This document shows positions 40,274 to 55,414 of a stretch of 64,000 nt of DNA, in pieces. The notes under the pieces were generated by a model. The model ran no database searches. It saw only the letters and a list, made by a program, of their open reading frames with translations, and was not told the DNA's origin. The stretch comes from Octopus vulgaris (Eukaryota). Numbering within the stretch: position 1 is the first letter of the stretch; every line of letters begins with the position of its first letter. Position numbers and translations under genes: made by a program. The stretch spans positions 12,090,001-12,154,000 of the forward strand of contig OX597822.1 of the NCBI GenBank assembly GCA_951406725.2, read 5' to 3'.

Positions 40274-40830
40274 AGGTGCAGGAGTGGGTGTGTGCTAAGT
40301 AGATTGCACGAAAATTCTCATCAAACGACAAGGGAACTGGCAGAGAAAATGGAATGCTCCCACACTGCTATAGAGAAGCATCTTCACTCGATGGGAAAGG
40401 TTCAGAAGTGTGGAACATGATTTCCGCATGCTTTAAGTGGCAACATAAAAAAATCAACGAACCACCGGATTCAGTCACGCTGCATGGCATATTGGGCAAG
40501 TGTCTTCTACTATAGCCTCGAGCCGACCAAATCCTTGTGAGTGGATTTGGTAGACGGAAACTAAAAGAAGCCCGTCGTAGATATGTGAGTGCGTGTGTGT
40601 GTAGGGGGGGTCTGTGGGCGTGTCTGTGTTTGTCACCCCACCATCGCTTGATAACAGATGTTCGTGCGTTTACGTCCTCGTAACTTAGCGTTTCGGTAAA
40701 AGAATACGACAGAATAAGTACTACGCTTACATAGAATATGTCCTGGGGTCTATTTGTTCGACTAAAGACGGTGCTCCAGCATGACCACAAAGATATGACA
40801 GAAGCAAATAAAAGATTAATAAAAGAATAT
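40274..40830 (+). mobile_element. SINE family A with a 162-bp mariner-derived insert in its tRNA head
   Basis: 40304-40465 is a near-identical copy of 39744-39904. Confidence 0.9.
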
Positions 40831-40909
40831 ATACAATTGCAGGGTGGAATAGTTTTCGTTCCCGCACACGTTCTCAGATCAGGTCACTTGCTATGCAAGT
40901 ACATCTCCG

Positions 40910-40960
<51 letters not shown>

Positions 40961-40963
<3 letters not shown>

Positions 40964-41370
40964 CGCAGGAGTGGCTGAGTGGTAAGTAGCTTGCTAACCA
41001 ACCACATGGTTCCGGGTTCAGTCCCACTGCGTGGCATCTTGGGCAAGTGTCTTCTGCTATAGCCCCGGCCGACCAATTCCTTGTGAGTGGATTTGGTAGA
41101 CGGAAACTGAAAGAAGCCTGTCGTATATATGTATATATATAAGTGTGTGTGTGTATATGTTTGTGTGTCTGTGTTTGTCCCCCTAGCATTGCTTGACAAC
41201 CGATGCTGATGTGTTTACGTCCTCGTCACTTAGCGGTTCGGCAAAAGAGACCGATAGCATAAGTACTGGGCTTACAGAGAGTGAGTCCCGGGGTCGATTT
41301 GCTCGACTAAAGGCGGTGCTCCAGCATGGCCGCAGTCAAATTACTGAAACAAGTATAAGAGAGTAAAGAG
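40961..41370 (+). mobile_element. SINE family A, full length
   Basis: A/B boxes; highly similar to 11265-11698. Confidence 0.92.
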
Positions 41371-41419
<49 letters not shown>

Positions 41420-42002
41420 GTGTGTGTCTGTGTGTGTGTGAATGTGTGTGTGTGTCTGTATGTTAGTGTATGTTAGTGTGTGTACACACAAACGTATATG
41501 TTTATATGCCTGTGTGGCAGATTGTTATATAGTGTAGCGTTATAGATGAATATAATAAATCAGAGATTTCAACGTCAAATAATATTGTATTTTGGTTTTA
41601 TTACGAAAAGTTAATTGGCAATGATTTCACTACATAAATATTTTACAATGACATTTAACACCGTTATTAATGTTTCATAAACTCCCATCGTCTTTAACTA
41701 TGTACATCGTCAGCCACATACAAACTGCTCAAGACGCGTAATTAGATATTCAGAAAGAGACAGAGAAAGAGAGGGGGAGAGGGAGAGAGAGAGGAGAGAG
41801 AGAGAGAAAGGGATAGGAAGAGAGAGAGAGAGAGAGAGAGCGATAGAGGCGAAGGTGAAAGGGAGCGAAATGGAGAAATGACAGAGATATGAAAAGCTAG
41901 ACAGCCCTACGTGATTAAAATTTTCTATTCATTTTATCAATATGCGTAGAATCTATATGTATGATGTTTGTATATAAGTGCTGGAACTACACACACACAC
42001 AC

Positions 42003-42036
<34 letters not shown>

Positions 42037-42148
42037 ATACATATATATATATATATGTGTATCTATATATATATGTGTGTGTGTGTGTATACATATATAT
42101 GTTCATACATACATATATACATACCCACACACACGTATATATATATAT

Positions 42149-42195
<47 letters not shown>

Positions 42196-42196
42196 T

Positions 42197-42239
<43 letters not shown>

Positions 42240-42249
42240 TTATATAAGT

Positions 42250-42283
<34 letters not shown>

Positions 42284-42296
42284 GCCACTCAGTATG

Positions 42297-42341
<45 letters not shown>

Positions 42342-43044
42342 TATAAATATATATGTGTGTGTGTATGCATTTATATATGTATATGTATGTTTGAATAGTT
42401 TTCCTTTAGAATTGTTATTTGCCAATAAGAAACAGACCGACTGGTTCTTTCTCTCCTTTTATTCTTACAGTCAACCAATTAACCAATTAACCATACTACT
42501 AATCAATTTCCTCAATAGCCGTCTCGTCGATAAATCAATCAATCACCTAATAAATCAATCAATCACCTGATTTGTCAGAGTTTTGTCACCAGGCACAACG
42601 TGTCCACAAAGCCATGAAAGCATAATCACACACCACATGTAGCTCCTCATATTTTTTAGGGTTATACGGTTGATTTGTATTCCTAAGCTCATATGACTGT
42701 GCTTCGATGTGTTTGCTTGCATCCGTGGTTGCGGATGGAGAGGGTTGGATAAAGCGTCTACCAGTTACGTGTTTCAGTCATTGGATAGCAGTCATGCATG
42801 TGCAACGTTTTTCAAGAGTTCAGTGAAACATATCCCCGCACGAGCAACGCTTTTCGGGAGTTCAGTAAAACAAATCAACCACTTTCTTACATTTTTTGGG
42901 TACTTATTTTATCCATCAGTTTCATTTCTCGAACCACTAAGTTACAGGGCTGCAAACGAATCACTCGATTGTTAAGCAATGCTTGGAATCGGCAAACGTA
43001 AGCCATGCATGCGCAGGTACTCAAGATAATACATACATGTGTAC

Positions 43045-43153
<109 letters not shown>

Positions 43154-43187
43154 TATTTATATTATATAGATATATTTACACACACAA

Positions 43188-43245
<58 letters not shown>

Positions 43246-43264
43246 GATTATATATTACTATTTA

Positions 43265-43341
<77 letters not shown>

Positions 43342-44539
43342 CAAATGTTGTCTTCTACATAAATTCCTTATATGGAGCTCTGAAATCCCATTTACCCATT
43401 TCTATAATTAGAAAATCTTTATTGTCTCTTTCCACTTATTTTTCCCTCTCAGAATCTTACAATAGTCTGGAGCAACCGAATCTTACCCACACAGTTAATG
43501 GGCTCCACCACCTCAAATGTTCTTAAAATTTAAATCCACATCTTTCTCTGTATATCTACCTTCTTTATAATGTTGTCACTTGATATGAAGATTTTTGTAT
43601 TAATGGAAAACCTCTATAATTGGTTGATGAGTACTCAGCATTTTCAAACTGTTGTAATACTTACAACATTTAAGAAAATGATGTAGTACGAAACGATCGT
43701 ACCAAATCACCGGAGTCATTCTTGTTCCTTATTTTGATTCTAATCACTCCACGGATTTTTATGGATAACACCATACAGAATTCTGGTGCATCTAAATTCA
43801 GTACCATATTCATTTGAATCTAAATTTTTGCTACATATATATATATATTTTGTTAAATGGTCGTTCGACTCCATTCTCTCATTTATTTATAGTTAAAAAA
43901 AACACACAAATTTCCACACGAAAGCACGTGATCTCTGCCCTTGGCTTGTAGCTTCAACCGTGTTTTCTGACGTGAATTTGCTATCCAGGTATCGGTTAAC
44001 CGAATTATCCATACTAGGATAATTCATTCAACTACTTATACATATATATATATATATTAAGTATTTGTACGACTTTCACACATTTGTTTGTTTTCTGTCG
44101 TAAAGTATATCAATGGCCTCTGGGTGCGTTCTCTGCAGCTTCTTTTTTTTATATGCAGGTAGTAAGGTGTATTATCTGCTTATGAGTCGAACGAAGGTGT
44201 CCATGTGTTAGATGGTAATTATAATATTGTTTGGTATGCAACCATAGTGTTTATGTGTTAGTATATGTGCGATTGCATGGATGGGGAAAAACCATGTAAA
44301 CCTCCATCATGTGTACATCGGTGTGTGACGTAGCCATCGTGACAGTCTCGTGCCTAGAATTGGTGACGAATTCGGAATTCTTATTGAGTTGTACAGAGGC
44401 AAAGAGACTGAAGTAGGCTTCAACTGTACATAATTTACAACTCTTACTCCCACTTTTATTTCGTAGTCTTCTCGATTTCCTTTTACTTCTCTAAGAGCTT
44501 TACTTCCTAATCATATGGCTTCATATATATATAAACTTA

Positions 44540-45285
44540 GACTTAGATAAACTTAGATATGTTTCGACCAAAGATTGGTCCAGGCCATGTCTAACTTAAT
44601 AGCACCACCTGATAGGATTATTCGAATCCTGTCTAAGTCAAGTTTTGCTTAAGTCAAGTTTTGTTCAAGTAGTGAGTTCTTGTTGGGTGAGTTGTATCCA
44701 ATTAAGGGTGGCTTATCTGGTATTCTTTGAAGGAATCTATCCAGACTCTGTTTAAAGTTGATGGGATCCTTTTCCTCTTTGATCTCCCTCGGGACAATGT
44801 TAAATAGGGCAGGGCCTGTTGAGGAAAATAAATTATGTTGCAGTGTACATGTATGTTGTGATCTTGAATTGGGCAGGGGACGTATAGCCCATGGTCCAAG
44901 TCTTGGATGGGCCTTGAAGCTAATGTTTAGGTCGTTTGGGAAAAGTTGGCGGTATATTTTCCACATCGTACAAATGATGTACCGCTCACGGCGACGCTGG
45001 AGGGAGTAAAGTTTGAAGGCTTTAAGGCGATCCCAATAATCGAGAGCAGCCATGCCTTCAATTTGTTTAGTGAGTGCCCTCTGGGTGACTCAATTCTGGA
45101 GATGTTTAGTCTTGTGTGAGGAGACCACAGTGGGCAGCTGTATTCAAGGTGTGGCCGTACAAAGGAGGAAAAAAGTGGTATGATGACACCTTGTTCTCTG
45201 GACCGGAAAGTTCTTAAGATCCAGGAACTCATCCTACGAGCTATATCGACCTTCTTGTTGATGTGTGCACTCCAACTGAGATCGT
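44540..45285 (-). mobile_element. CR1-group LINE C-terminal fragment with 3' UTR
   Basis: LSWSAHINK..WILRTFRSRE..VRPHLEYSCPLWSP; DYWDRLKAFKLYSLQRRRERY. Confidence 0.85.
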
Positions 45286-45287
45286 AT

Positions 45288-46678
<1,391 letters not shown>

Positions 46679-46689
46679 ATATATGAATA

Positions 46690-46895
46690 TGTATTCATTT
46701 ATTTGTCGCAGTCATTTAACTGCGGCCATGCTGATCGCCTCCTTTAAGTCGGACAAATCGACTCCAGGAGTTATTTTTGTAAGCCTAGAACTTATTCTGT
46801 TGGTCTATTTTGGCGAGTCGCTAATTTTTGGGGACGTAAATACATCAACATCGATTGTCAAGCGATGGTGGAAGAAGAAACACACAAACTCAAAC
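46690..46895 (-). mobile_element. SINE family A 3' half
   Basis: cagtcatttaactgcggccatgctg... homology to the family A tail. Confidence 0.75.
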
Positions 46896-46928
46896 ATATA
46901 TATATAAATATATATATACATACATACA

Positions 46929-47453
46929 TAGGAAAATGTGTTGTTGCAAATGCACCTAAATTTCAAAAACTCGAAAATGTTTAAAATACATTTATTTACA
47001 TATATACCAAACTAGTTTTTCTGAACCGCTTTAAAAAAAAAGTACAATCAAAAGCGTCTATTAGAAGAGGATCGGAGAAATTGTAAATCAAATTCCCTGT
47101 TTTTTACTATTTTCATTTCACACTTGTTTTTTCAGTATGACTCGTCGACCAGTGCTAAAATTAATGGACTTTGTACATTCAGACAAACTGATATACAGTT
47201 TGAATTTTTTTGACTGCTATGAACATTCAAACTTACACCTTCTGTTTTGAACATGTTAATTTGTCAACATTGAAACATTTTAATTTGTCAACATTGAAAC
47301 TTATAACGATGTTTTTTTTCTAATTTTAAACTTTTATTATTAATAATCAAAAAAATATTGTTGAAACTAGTTTGGTATATATGTAAATAAATGTATTTTT
47401 AACATTATGAGTTTCTGAAATTTAGGTGCATTTTCTACAAAGCATTTTCCTAT
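46929..47453. mobile_element. MITE-like element with about 90-bp imperfect TIRs
   Basis: taggaaaatg...ccaaactagttt (46929-47017) versus aaactagtttgg...cattttccta (47365-47452). Confidence 0.75.
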
Positions 47454-47487
47454 ATTTTTTTACTGCGTGGAAACACCCCACCTCTTT

Positions 47488-47531
<44 letters not shown>

Positions 47532-47625
47532 GGCGAGCTTCTTTCAGTTTCCGTCTACCAAATCCACTCAAGGCAATGGTCAGCCTGAGGCTACAGTAGA
47601 AGACATGGGTATAAGCCTATGGGTA

Positions 47626-47656
<31 letters not shown>

Positions 47657-47718
47657 TATAGTAATAATAATGATATAAATAATATATATATGCATATATA
47701 CAAACATACATGTACATG

Positions 47719-47769
<51 letters not shown>

Positions 47770-47844
47770 GCATATATGGGTACAGGACGTAAAAAAAAGA
47801 AAGGTGAACAAAATGAGAAACCAGACGAGCAACATAAACATCAT

Positions 47845-47907
47845 TCCCTTCGTCAGTTGTCCCCTGCTTAATCTACTCCACGTTTCGAAGTAGGGACAAG
47901 ACACAAC
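47845..47907 (-). ncRNA. Rearranged hammerhead-like motif, copy 2 (same family as 5641)
   Basis: Minus strand: TGTGT-C | TTGTCCCT | ACTTC-GAAACGTG | linker | GGGGACAA | CTGACGA. Confidence 0.55.
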
Positions 47908-47999
47908 TTCGATAAAACAGTCCTTCCCGCAAAGCAAATTGAATAAAATACATATATAAATACATGCATACACACACACACACATATATATATATAAAT

Positions 48000-48432
48000 T
48001 TTAAAATTTAATTAGGGTAGAAATTGATATTAATCAATAAGAACCAGTGCCTAGAATATTAAAAAAATCCGAAGATTAAAATATTTTTACATACAAAATT
48101 TAAAGGACTGACCATTAAAAGTGGATGGTCAACATGCTAGATATAGACATCAAATCGCTATTTTCCACAAAGAATATGTTCTCAAATAAAAAAAACTCAG
48201 CACAAATCAAATCATTAAAAATAAGCAAGACAAATGAAAATATACGAAATAAAAGTGATTACCTATGTATATTTCCGTATATTTTAATTTGTCTTGCTTA
48301 TTTTTAATGCTTTGGTTTGTGCTGATTTTTTTTTATTTGAGAACATATTCTTTGTGGAAAATAGCGATTTGACGTCTATATCTAGCATGTTGACCGTCCA
48401 CTTTTAGTGGTCAGTCCTTTAAATTTTGTATA
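48000..48432. mobile_element. Fold-back mini-element: about 90-bp tail plus about 160-bp inverted arms
   Basis: 48091-48250 is the reverse complement of 48270-48431; inserted in (TA)n; homologue at 49648-49880. Confidence 0.85.
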
Positions 48433-48469
48433 TATATATATATATATGTATTTTTTTAATTTAAAGTTT

Positions 48470-49628
48470 GAGCTCGAGCTGCGGCCATGTTGATGCACCG
48501 CCGTTTTGCGCTACACTGTTATTACTAGGAGCCTCCTCTAATATGTGGCATTTGATGAAGAATGGAGTTTGATATTGTTACCCTCATTTGCACCTCTTAC
48601 CGTTAGGTAGGCTCATCTGAGACTCCCGACAGGAAGAGGTCCAGCTTTGATTTTAAAATCCCTACATCTACTTTGTGCATGTTCATCAGACTCTTTGGGA
48701 GAATATTAAAAAGCTGTGGGCCCTTGAAACCCAGGCTGTTGCAGAAGCTGGTCCTGAAGCGTGATGGCATTGCTGGGATATTTGGCACCATGCGGTGTTG
48801 TCCCGTTCTGGCATTGGTGTAGCTTTCAATGCCAAAATTTGGCACAATTCCTTCCAGGATCTTCCAGATATATATTACTGCATACCTTTTCCGTCTTTTC
48901 TCCCGGGCGTAGAGTCTTAGCTGTTTCAACCTTTCCCAGTAGCTGAGCTGTTGCAAAGAGTCGATCTTCTTTGTGAATCATCTCTGGATTGCTTCAAGGT
49001 CCGCTGTTAATCTCACACTGGTAGGTGACCATAGCTGTGAGCAGTAATCCAGGCGGTTGAGGATGATGTCCGCCAGAAGACCATCATGGTTTCCTTATCT
49101 CTGGTTCTGAATGTTCTTTGGATCCATCCAGCCAGTCGTCTGCAATTTGTCGTCATCCTGGTAATGTGCACTGGGAAAGAGGTATCATCACTCATGTCGA
49201 TACCCAGGTCCCTCACTGACTTAGGCTCCGGGATTGAAATTCCCTGTGGTCCGGTGTACCCTGTAGGTTTAATATTCAGTTTTGGATGCTGGTAGCGCAG
49301 GGTCTGGAATTTTTCAGCATTAAACTACATATTATTATCCTCAGCCCATCTGTAAATTGAGACCAACTTCTGCTGCAGGTGTGCAACATCACTGGGGTTC
49401 TGTATTTTCTGTGAGACTTTCGTATCCTCTGCATTCCTTGCCAGAGTGGCTATCCGGGCATTTGAGGGTATATCTGAGAGGGCCACTATAAGAAGCAGTG
49501 GTCCCAAGACAGAACCCTGTGGAACACAGTCTCACTATTTGTGTGTTCATAAAGGTGGCTCTATTAGCCACTACTGCCTGACTCCTATCTTTCAGGAACT
49601 CATGTAACCACACTCCAAGTTTTCCAGG
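48470..49628 (-). mobile_element. CR1-group LINE RT/C-terminal fragment
   Basis: VPQGSVLGPLL, AEDTKV (from YADD), WAEDNNM, RDLGIDMS, SYWERLKQLRLY; related to 37887-38710. Confidence 0.88.
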
Positions 49629-49647
49629 TATATATATATATATATAT

Positions 49648-49880
49648 TGAAAATTAAATAAGGGTAGAAATTGATATAGCCTAGTATATTTTTAAAAATC
49701 CGAAGATTAAAAATCTTTTACATACAAAATTTAGAGGATTGACCACTAAAATTGAAAAGCCTGTATACTAGATATAGACGTTAAAATCGCCATTTTCCAC
49801 GGAGAATGTGTTCTTAAGAAAAAATTCAGCAAAATACCAAACCTGTCCACTTTTAGTGGTCAGTCCTCTAAATTTTGTAT
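49648..49880. mobile_element. Second copy of the 48000 fold-back family with a short (about 30-bp) inverted arm
   Basis: Same left tail and the same terminal aaattttgtata. Confidence 0.8.
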
Positions 49881-50821
49881 ATATATATATATATAAAGAT
49901 ATAGTATTTAAAGATATCAAAGGGAAATGGAATTTAATTAAAATTAAAAACATTCAATTAAAATTTACATTTCAAGTGGTCTAACGTGTAAAAAAATTTT
50001 AGTCAAAAAGACTATATATTAGCCATGCGATATAGTGTATATTTAAACGCATATAGAATCCACTTATAGGGATTCTACGCATTAGAAAGAACAGCTAAGT
50101 TCTATGGCCACAAATAATTCGGGACAAAATTCGACAGGAATAAATTTGGAAATGAAAAACATTTATCATCTAGTTTCCTGGACCAATTGGTTTCTGATCA
50201 TCTTTTAGACAGAACAAGGCTACCTGTCTCGTGTTTATACGAGCCAGCCTTTCAAATTTACTGCGCAGACGCAGTCCTTCGTTGGCTACAATAAAACTGC
50301 CAAACAATAGTTTGTTTGAACTTAGGAATTTCAGAATATGCAAAGAAAAAACAAACGCTCACACGTAACTCGAATTGTCTCTCTTTTCCTTAACCTATGA
50401 CCATTTAAACGTATTAGAGTTAATTCTTGTGCATATAATATATTGATTTCTAAATGTAGTGACAACAACTCAGTGGCTCTGATTTGTGGAGGTGTTATCG
50501 CGTTACTCAGTTACATTGTGAGATATCGGATGATATCGATTTAAACTTGTAAAACAACGCTTAGACACTAATGCGTGAAAGTGTGTAACTACCAGTGTAT
50601 ATATTTGAAAAATGTATAATAAACACGAAGACAAAAAGAAAAATGACGAAAGACAGAGACAGGTGAGAGAACAAACAAGATATATTAGTTTGACACTCAG
50701 GAAAAATAGAAGAGTGCTTCACGTTTCGACTCTACACACTTCTACTGAAAGGAATGAGGAGAGAAAAAAGAGGGAGAGACGACAGAAAATAGAGAGAATA
50801 AAACGTGTCTGAACTATTAAG

Positions 50822-50885
<64 letters not shown>

Positions 50886-50889
<4 letters not shown>

Positions 50890-51276
50890 TTTTATTCTTT
50901 TATTTGTTTCAGTCATTTGACTGCAGCCATGCTGGAGCACCGCCATTAATCGAATAAATCGATCCATAACTTATTCTTTGTAAGCCTTATACTTACTCTC
51001 TCGGTATCTTTTGCCGAAACGCTAGTGTACGGGAATGGGAATACACATCAACATCGGTTGTTAAGCGATGGTTGGGTGGGAGGTGGGGGGAGAAACACAG
51101 ACACACAAATACGACAAGATTTTTTCAGTTTCCGTCTATCAAATCCACTCACAAGGATTTGGTCGGCCCGAGTATACACTAGGAGACACTTGACCAAGGT
51201 GCCACGGTGTGAGACTGAACCCGGGACTATTTCGTTGGTAAGCAAGGTCTTTTCCATACAGCCTCTCCTTCGCCTA
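50886..51276 (-). mobile_element. SINE family A
   Basis: Reverse complement of the consensus; internal microsatellite collapsed. Confidence 0.85.
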
Positions 51277-51347
51277 TAATATATATACATACAAATTAGG
51301 GCTAGTGAGGGTACGGGATTGGGTGTAAGTATATGCATGCATGTACG

Positions 51348-51403
<56 letters not shown>

Positions 51404-51869
51404 CTATATATTTATATATAGTATTCAATCCAAGGGAAATATAGTCCCTGCATGAATTTCTTGTCTATGTTGGAGACAAATGTTACCCTGACGGGTTTCA
51501 TATACATAAACTGTATTTTTATATAAATTAATTCGTGGTTAATAGAAAAATAATTGTGGGATATATATTTGTTTTAATTGTTAGTGATATCATATCTTTT
51601 TATAGTATAATTATGTTATAATGTAAATAAATTTACAATATGTCACTTGTTTTTCTCAATATTCTATGTATTTATACATGTGTATGTGTATAAAGATAGA
51701 GAGATAAGTATGCTATAAATGTTGTGTTTTGAACGACAATTTTAGCATGGTATTTTAATTATATATTTGGTGGATTTCGACATACTTATGATCGATGCAT
51801 GCCCTTTAATAATTTTCCCCTTATTTCAGACAGAAATCATTCTTGAAATATAGGCCCCCTTAAAACTGA

Positions 51870-52250
51870 ACATAATAAAAAACGACCTTCTCATACTTTT
51901 CTTGCATGAGTTCAAGTTTGGGGTAAGGGGACCACAAGTGATCGCAAAGTACGAGGGTGGTTTCAGAAACTCCGTAGTGATGAAGAAGGTAGAGGACGAT
52001 CATACAGTCTTGACAATGAACAATTGAAAGCAATTGGTGAACAAAGCCCACGTCAAAATGTCAGAGAAATGTTCCAGGCACTTAGTATCGGTATAGCAAC
52101 GGCTTCATGCAATCTGCAGAAGATTGGCAAGGTGAAGACGCCTGAGAAATGGTTACCGTAGGAGCTCAATGAAGAACAAAAAATTCGGCGTTTTGAAGTG
52201 TGCCCGATGCTCCTTCTGTGAAACACCAATGATCATTTTCTTGACCGAAT
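51870..52250 (+). pseudogene. mariner transposase relic (cecropia/Hsmar1-like)
   Basis: VRGWFQKLRS..GR..DNEQLKAI..IGKVK..KWLP*ELNEEQKIRRFEVC..FLDR. Confidence 0.8.
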
Positions 52251-52652
52251 GCTCCCCTCATCAGGATGGGTTCCTTCGTGATGAAATCATACATGATAAT
52301 ATTTTGGGGTTTTTGTTTATGAAATACTTAAAATGCCATTTATACATTTAATGTACCACTGAAACAACCGTAGATGATATCCTTCACTAGGATTTGTATA
52401 TTTAGCTTATCTAATAATTTTTATCCAATTTATTTACTACTGAATTTTAAACTTTTGAACTCTCATCCCACAATTCATGTTAGACATCAAATTCTTAATC
52501 GATTGGAACATTTCCTTTTTGGAAGCCCTTACCTTGGATCTTTGACTTTTTATTTGTCTCTTCTCCGTTCGGTACCTGAACCCAACGTGCATGATGCATA
52601 GTTTTTCCATATATATTTTACATGTAATTTTATCCACTTATTAATATGTATA

Positions 52653-53681
52653 CTAGCATTAAAGACCCGTCGTTGCCGGCTCATAGTGCTAGTGCATGTA
52701 TATATGTGTATATATATATGTACATATTACATGTACATCTATATATATATACATCTACACATAAAATACAAAATACAAAGTTATATCTTGATATCGCTAG
52801 TGATAACAATACTCAAAATGTATAACAGACTGGAATTGTTAGCTCGTCTCTTGTAATTTCGATCAATTGTATCTTGTCCTCCCTCTTGTATAGAAGTGTG
52901 GCTACAATCCAGCCTACCTCTACTTCGGGGTGGGGGGGATTAACATTTTTTTTTCTGGGATGTCCTTTATGATATAAAGGTAAAAATAAAATATTTCCAC
53001 TTTGCAAGTTCGAGTCGAGTACTCCCTTGCACACTCCGTTGACTCGAACCTTGCTTCTATTGTGGAGAATTTACCGCCTCTGATTAGATATCTTTCATAG
53101 TCACACCAAGACACTTTTCAAAGGTACTTTTCTCCATGTGTTCAAATCTTTTTTTCTCTACATTGTATACTTTATAGACAATAGTCTTTCCTTTAATTTA
53201 ATTTTTTATTATCCATCTGGACTATTCCATTTCTGCACGCTAATTTTATTTTTAATTTATTCCCATTCATGTGAAACCACTTATTCAAGTTCAAGTCATT
53301 GATGCAATTTTATACCAATTGCTATTTTTACTTTTATGTTACGATTATATTATACTTTAGTTTGATTTTTATTATTACTTACTACATATAATTCAATTGT
53401 TATTATTATTTTTATTGTTAAAGTGAAAGTATCTGACATAAAATAGAGAAATGTTTTTGTTTCACTTTTAACACGTAATACTGAAATAGTGGAGAAGATA
53501 TGATATTGCTATGGGCTCGCTTTAGGCAAGAAGTTGAACGTTTTTTTGCCCATGAAACTACATGGACCCTAAGTAAGGCATGTGTAAAATTTGAATGAAA
53601 TTGGTTGTGTAGTTCTCAAGTTTTAGGGAAACACACACACAGACAGAGAGACAGACATTCTCAGTTTTATATATATAAAGA
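52653..53681 (-). mobile_element. Non-autonomous Helitron, about 1.03 kb
   Basis: Minus strand A|TCTTTATATATATAAAA... with a (TCTG) tract and ccaatttcattcaaattt core; 3' CCGGCAACGACGG hairpin then CTAG|T. Confidence 0.8.
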
Positions 53682-53914
53682 TTTATTTCGTTGTGTGTTT
53701 TAAATTATGCTTTGGAGTTTCTATTGATTGCCTAGATGAGTCCCTTCTACAATTTCTCTTATCCTTCAATATATATGTATATACACATACATACATGCAT
53801 ACACACACACACACACACACATATATATACATGTATGTATGTATATATACATACATATATTTATATAAATATATATACTGTATATATGTGTATAGTACGC
53901 ACACACACACACCC

Positions 53915-54082
53915 ACGGTTGCACATATCGTGGCTACGTGTTAAGAGGTTTTCTTCGTAACCACATAGATTCGTGTTCAGTTCCAGTCCCTGGCACCTTG
54001 AACGCCTATTTTCTTCTATAAGTTTGTCAGAACAAAGCCTCGTGAGTGGATTTGGTAAATGGAAACTGAATGGAAGGCGGCA
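53915..54082 (+). mobile_element. SINE family A 5' half, diverged
   Basis: gtgagtggatttggtaaatggaaactgaa homology. Confidence 0.7.
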
Positions 54083-55055
54083 TATATGTGTGTGTGTGTG
54101 TACAAATTGTGTCTCGAGTCTTGAAATCCGTAAGGCCAATTACTCGCTCTTTACATTTACAATAATTCACTAAAATTTGCGAATGGAATGAGAAAAATAC
54201 ATCTCTGATGGCTCATCTCGTATTGGAAGAATTAATGTTACCGGCAGCAGGTGTTGTGAAAGTAATTACGAAAGTTGGTTACAGGCAGAAGATTAATGAT
54301 AAGAAGTCACAATATTTTCTTATATATTTACTGTTGGTATATAAAGATATATGATGTTACTTTTACAAAATTTCCAAACATAAAATCCTAAATATCAAAT
54401 TTTATTTTAAACAATCATTATATCTGAAAGAATTGTTACAATTCATGACATAAGCTTCTTGTTGCTTATGGGGTATTTGTGCAAAAGTCTTGTGTATATC
54501 AAACAGATAGCCGACATATAATTTACAGGGGACCATAGCAATACCTGCTATTTTCTATGTAAACTTTAACTGTTTGGTTCAACATAATTTACTTTATTGA
54601 AAGGAAGTGTTTTAAGGAACATAGTGTGTTATGCCATTGTGGTAATCCCCCGTTACAGTGGTAGATACATCTATTCCTTATAAAGAAACTGTAGCATCGG
54701 CTTGCAATTATACCGAATCATGTGAAATATAAAATATTTCAGTGTTTGGCGGACACCATTGTGATGGAGCAGACGCATAGTCATTTGTAGATCATACTTA
54801 AAACATTATATAGCGAAAAGCAAATTAATTTCAGTCTTCGTCCAGAGATGATATCTCTTATCAATGTACTGTGTTTAGAAAGACAAAAACATAGCAGTAG
54901 CAAAAAGAAAAGTCGTTTAGCAACGCTGGTGAGAATGATAGATTTATTCTTTGCCCCATTGGGCCTTGTGTGCAGTATGAATCCACTGTAAGGTGCATCA
55001 TGAGAAGAAACCCCATCGCTACAACAAAAACATAACAACAACAAAAAGAACATTA

Positions 55056-55280
55056 AAGTTACCTTCTCGAGTCATACCGACTCACAAGCACCGATATCCC
55101 GATTTTATGGCATATAAATTACCCAGCTGGCCGTCACAGAATTAATCACAGGTGAGTAGACTGGAGCAACATGAAATGAAGTGTTTCGTTTAAGAACACG
55201 ACGCGTCATCCAGTCCAGGAATCGAAAGCCCTGTCCGACAATCGTGTGTCCAACACCCTAACCACTAAGCCACACTCCTC
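55056..55280 (-). mobile_element. SINE family C-related, diverged
   Basis: Reverse complement head gtggcttagtggttagggtg..ttcgattcctgga..tgtgttctt..aaacacttcatttca. Confidence 0.65.
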
Positions 55281-55414
55281 CACAGCTACAGGAATATAGC
55301 GATAACTATAGGAAAATCGTGAATGAAAGTTAACTGATTTGATATTAGACCCCCAGTTCAATAAATTATTCGTTATAGGCAGCTTAACTTCCCACTTTGT
55401 TTCACAGTCTCAGA

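Noticed and set aside
43585-43640. Possible further rearranged hammerhead (GAAAAC...TTGATGAG)
   Set aside because: Core C missing, spacing shorter, and stems not convincingly paired.
44340-44420. Possible further rearranged hammerhead (GTC...GAGA-CTGAAGT)
   Set aside because: GAAA and A9 are not intact and the spacing differs; may be a simple hairpin.
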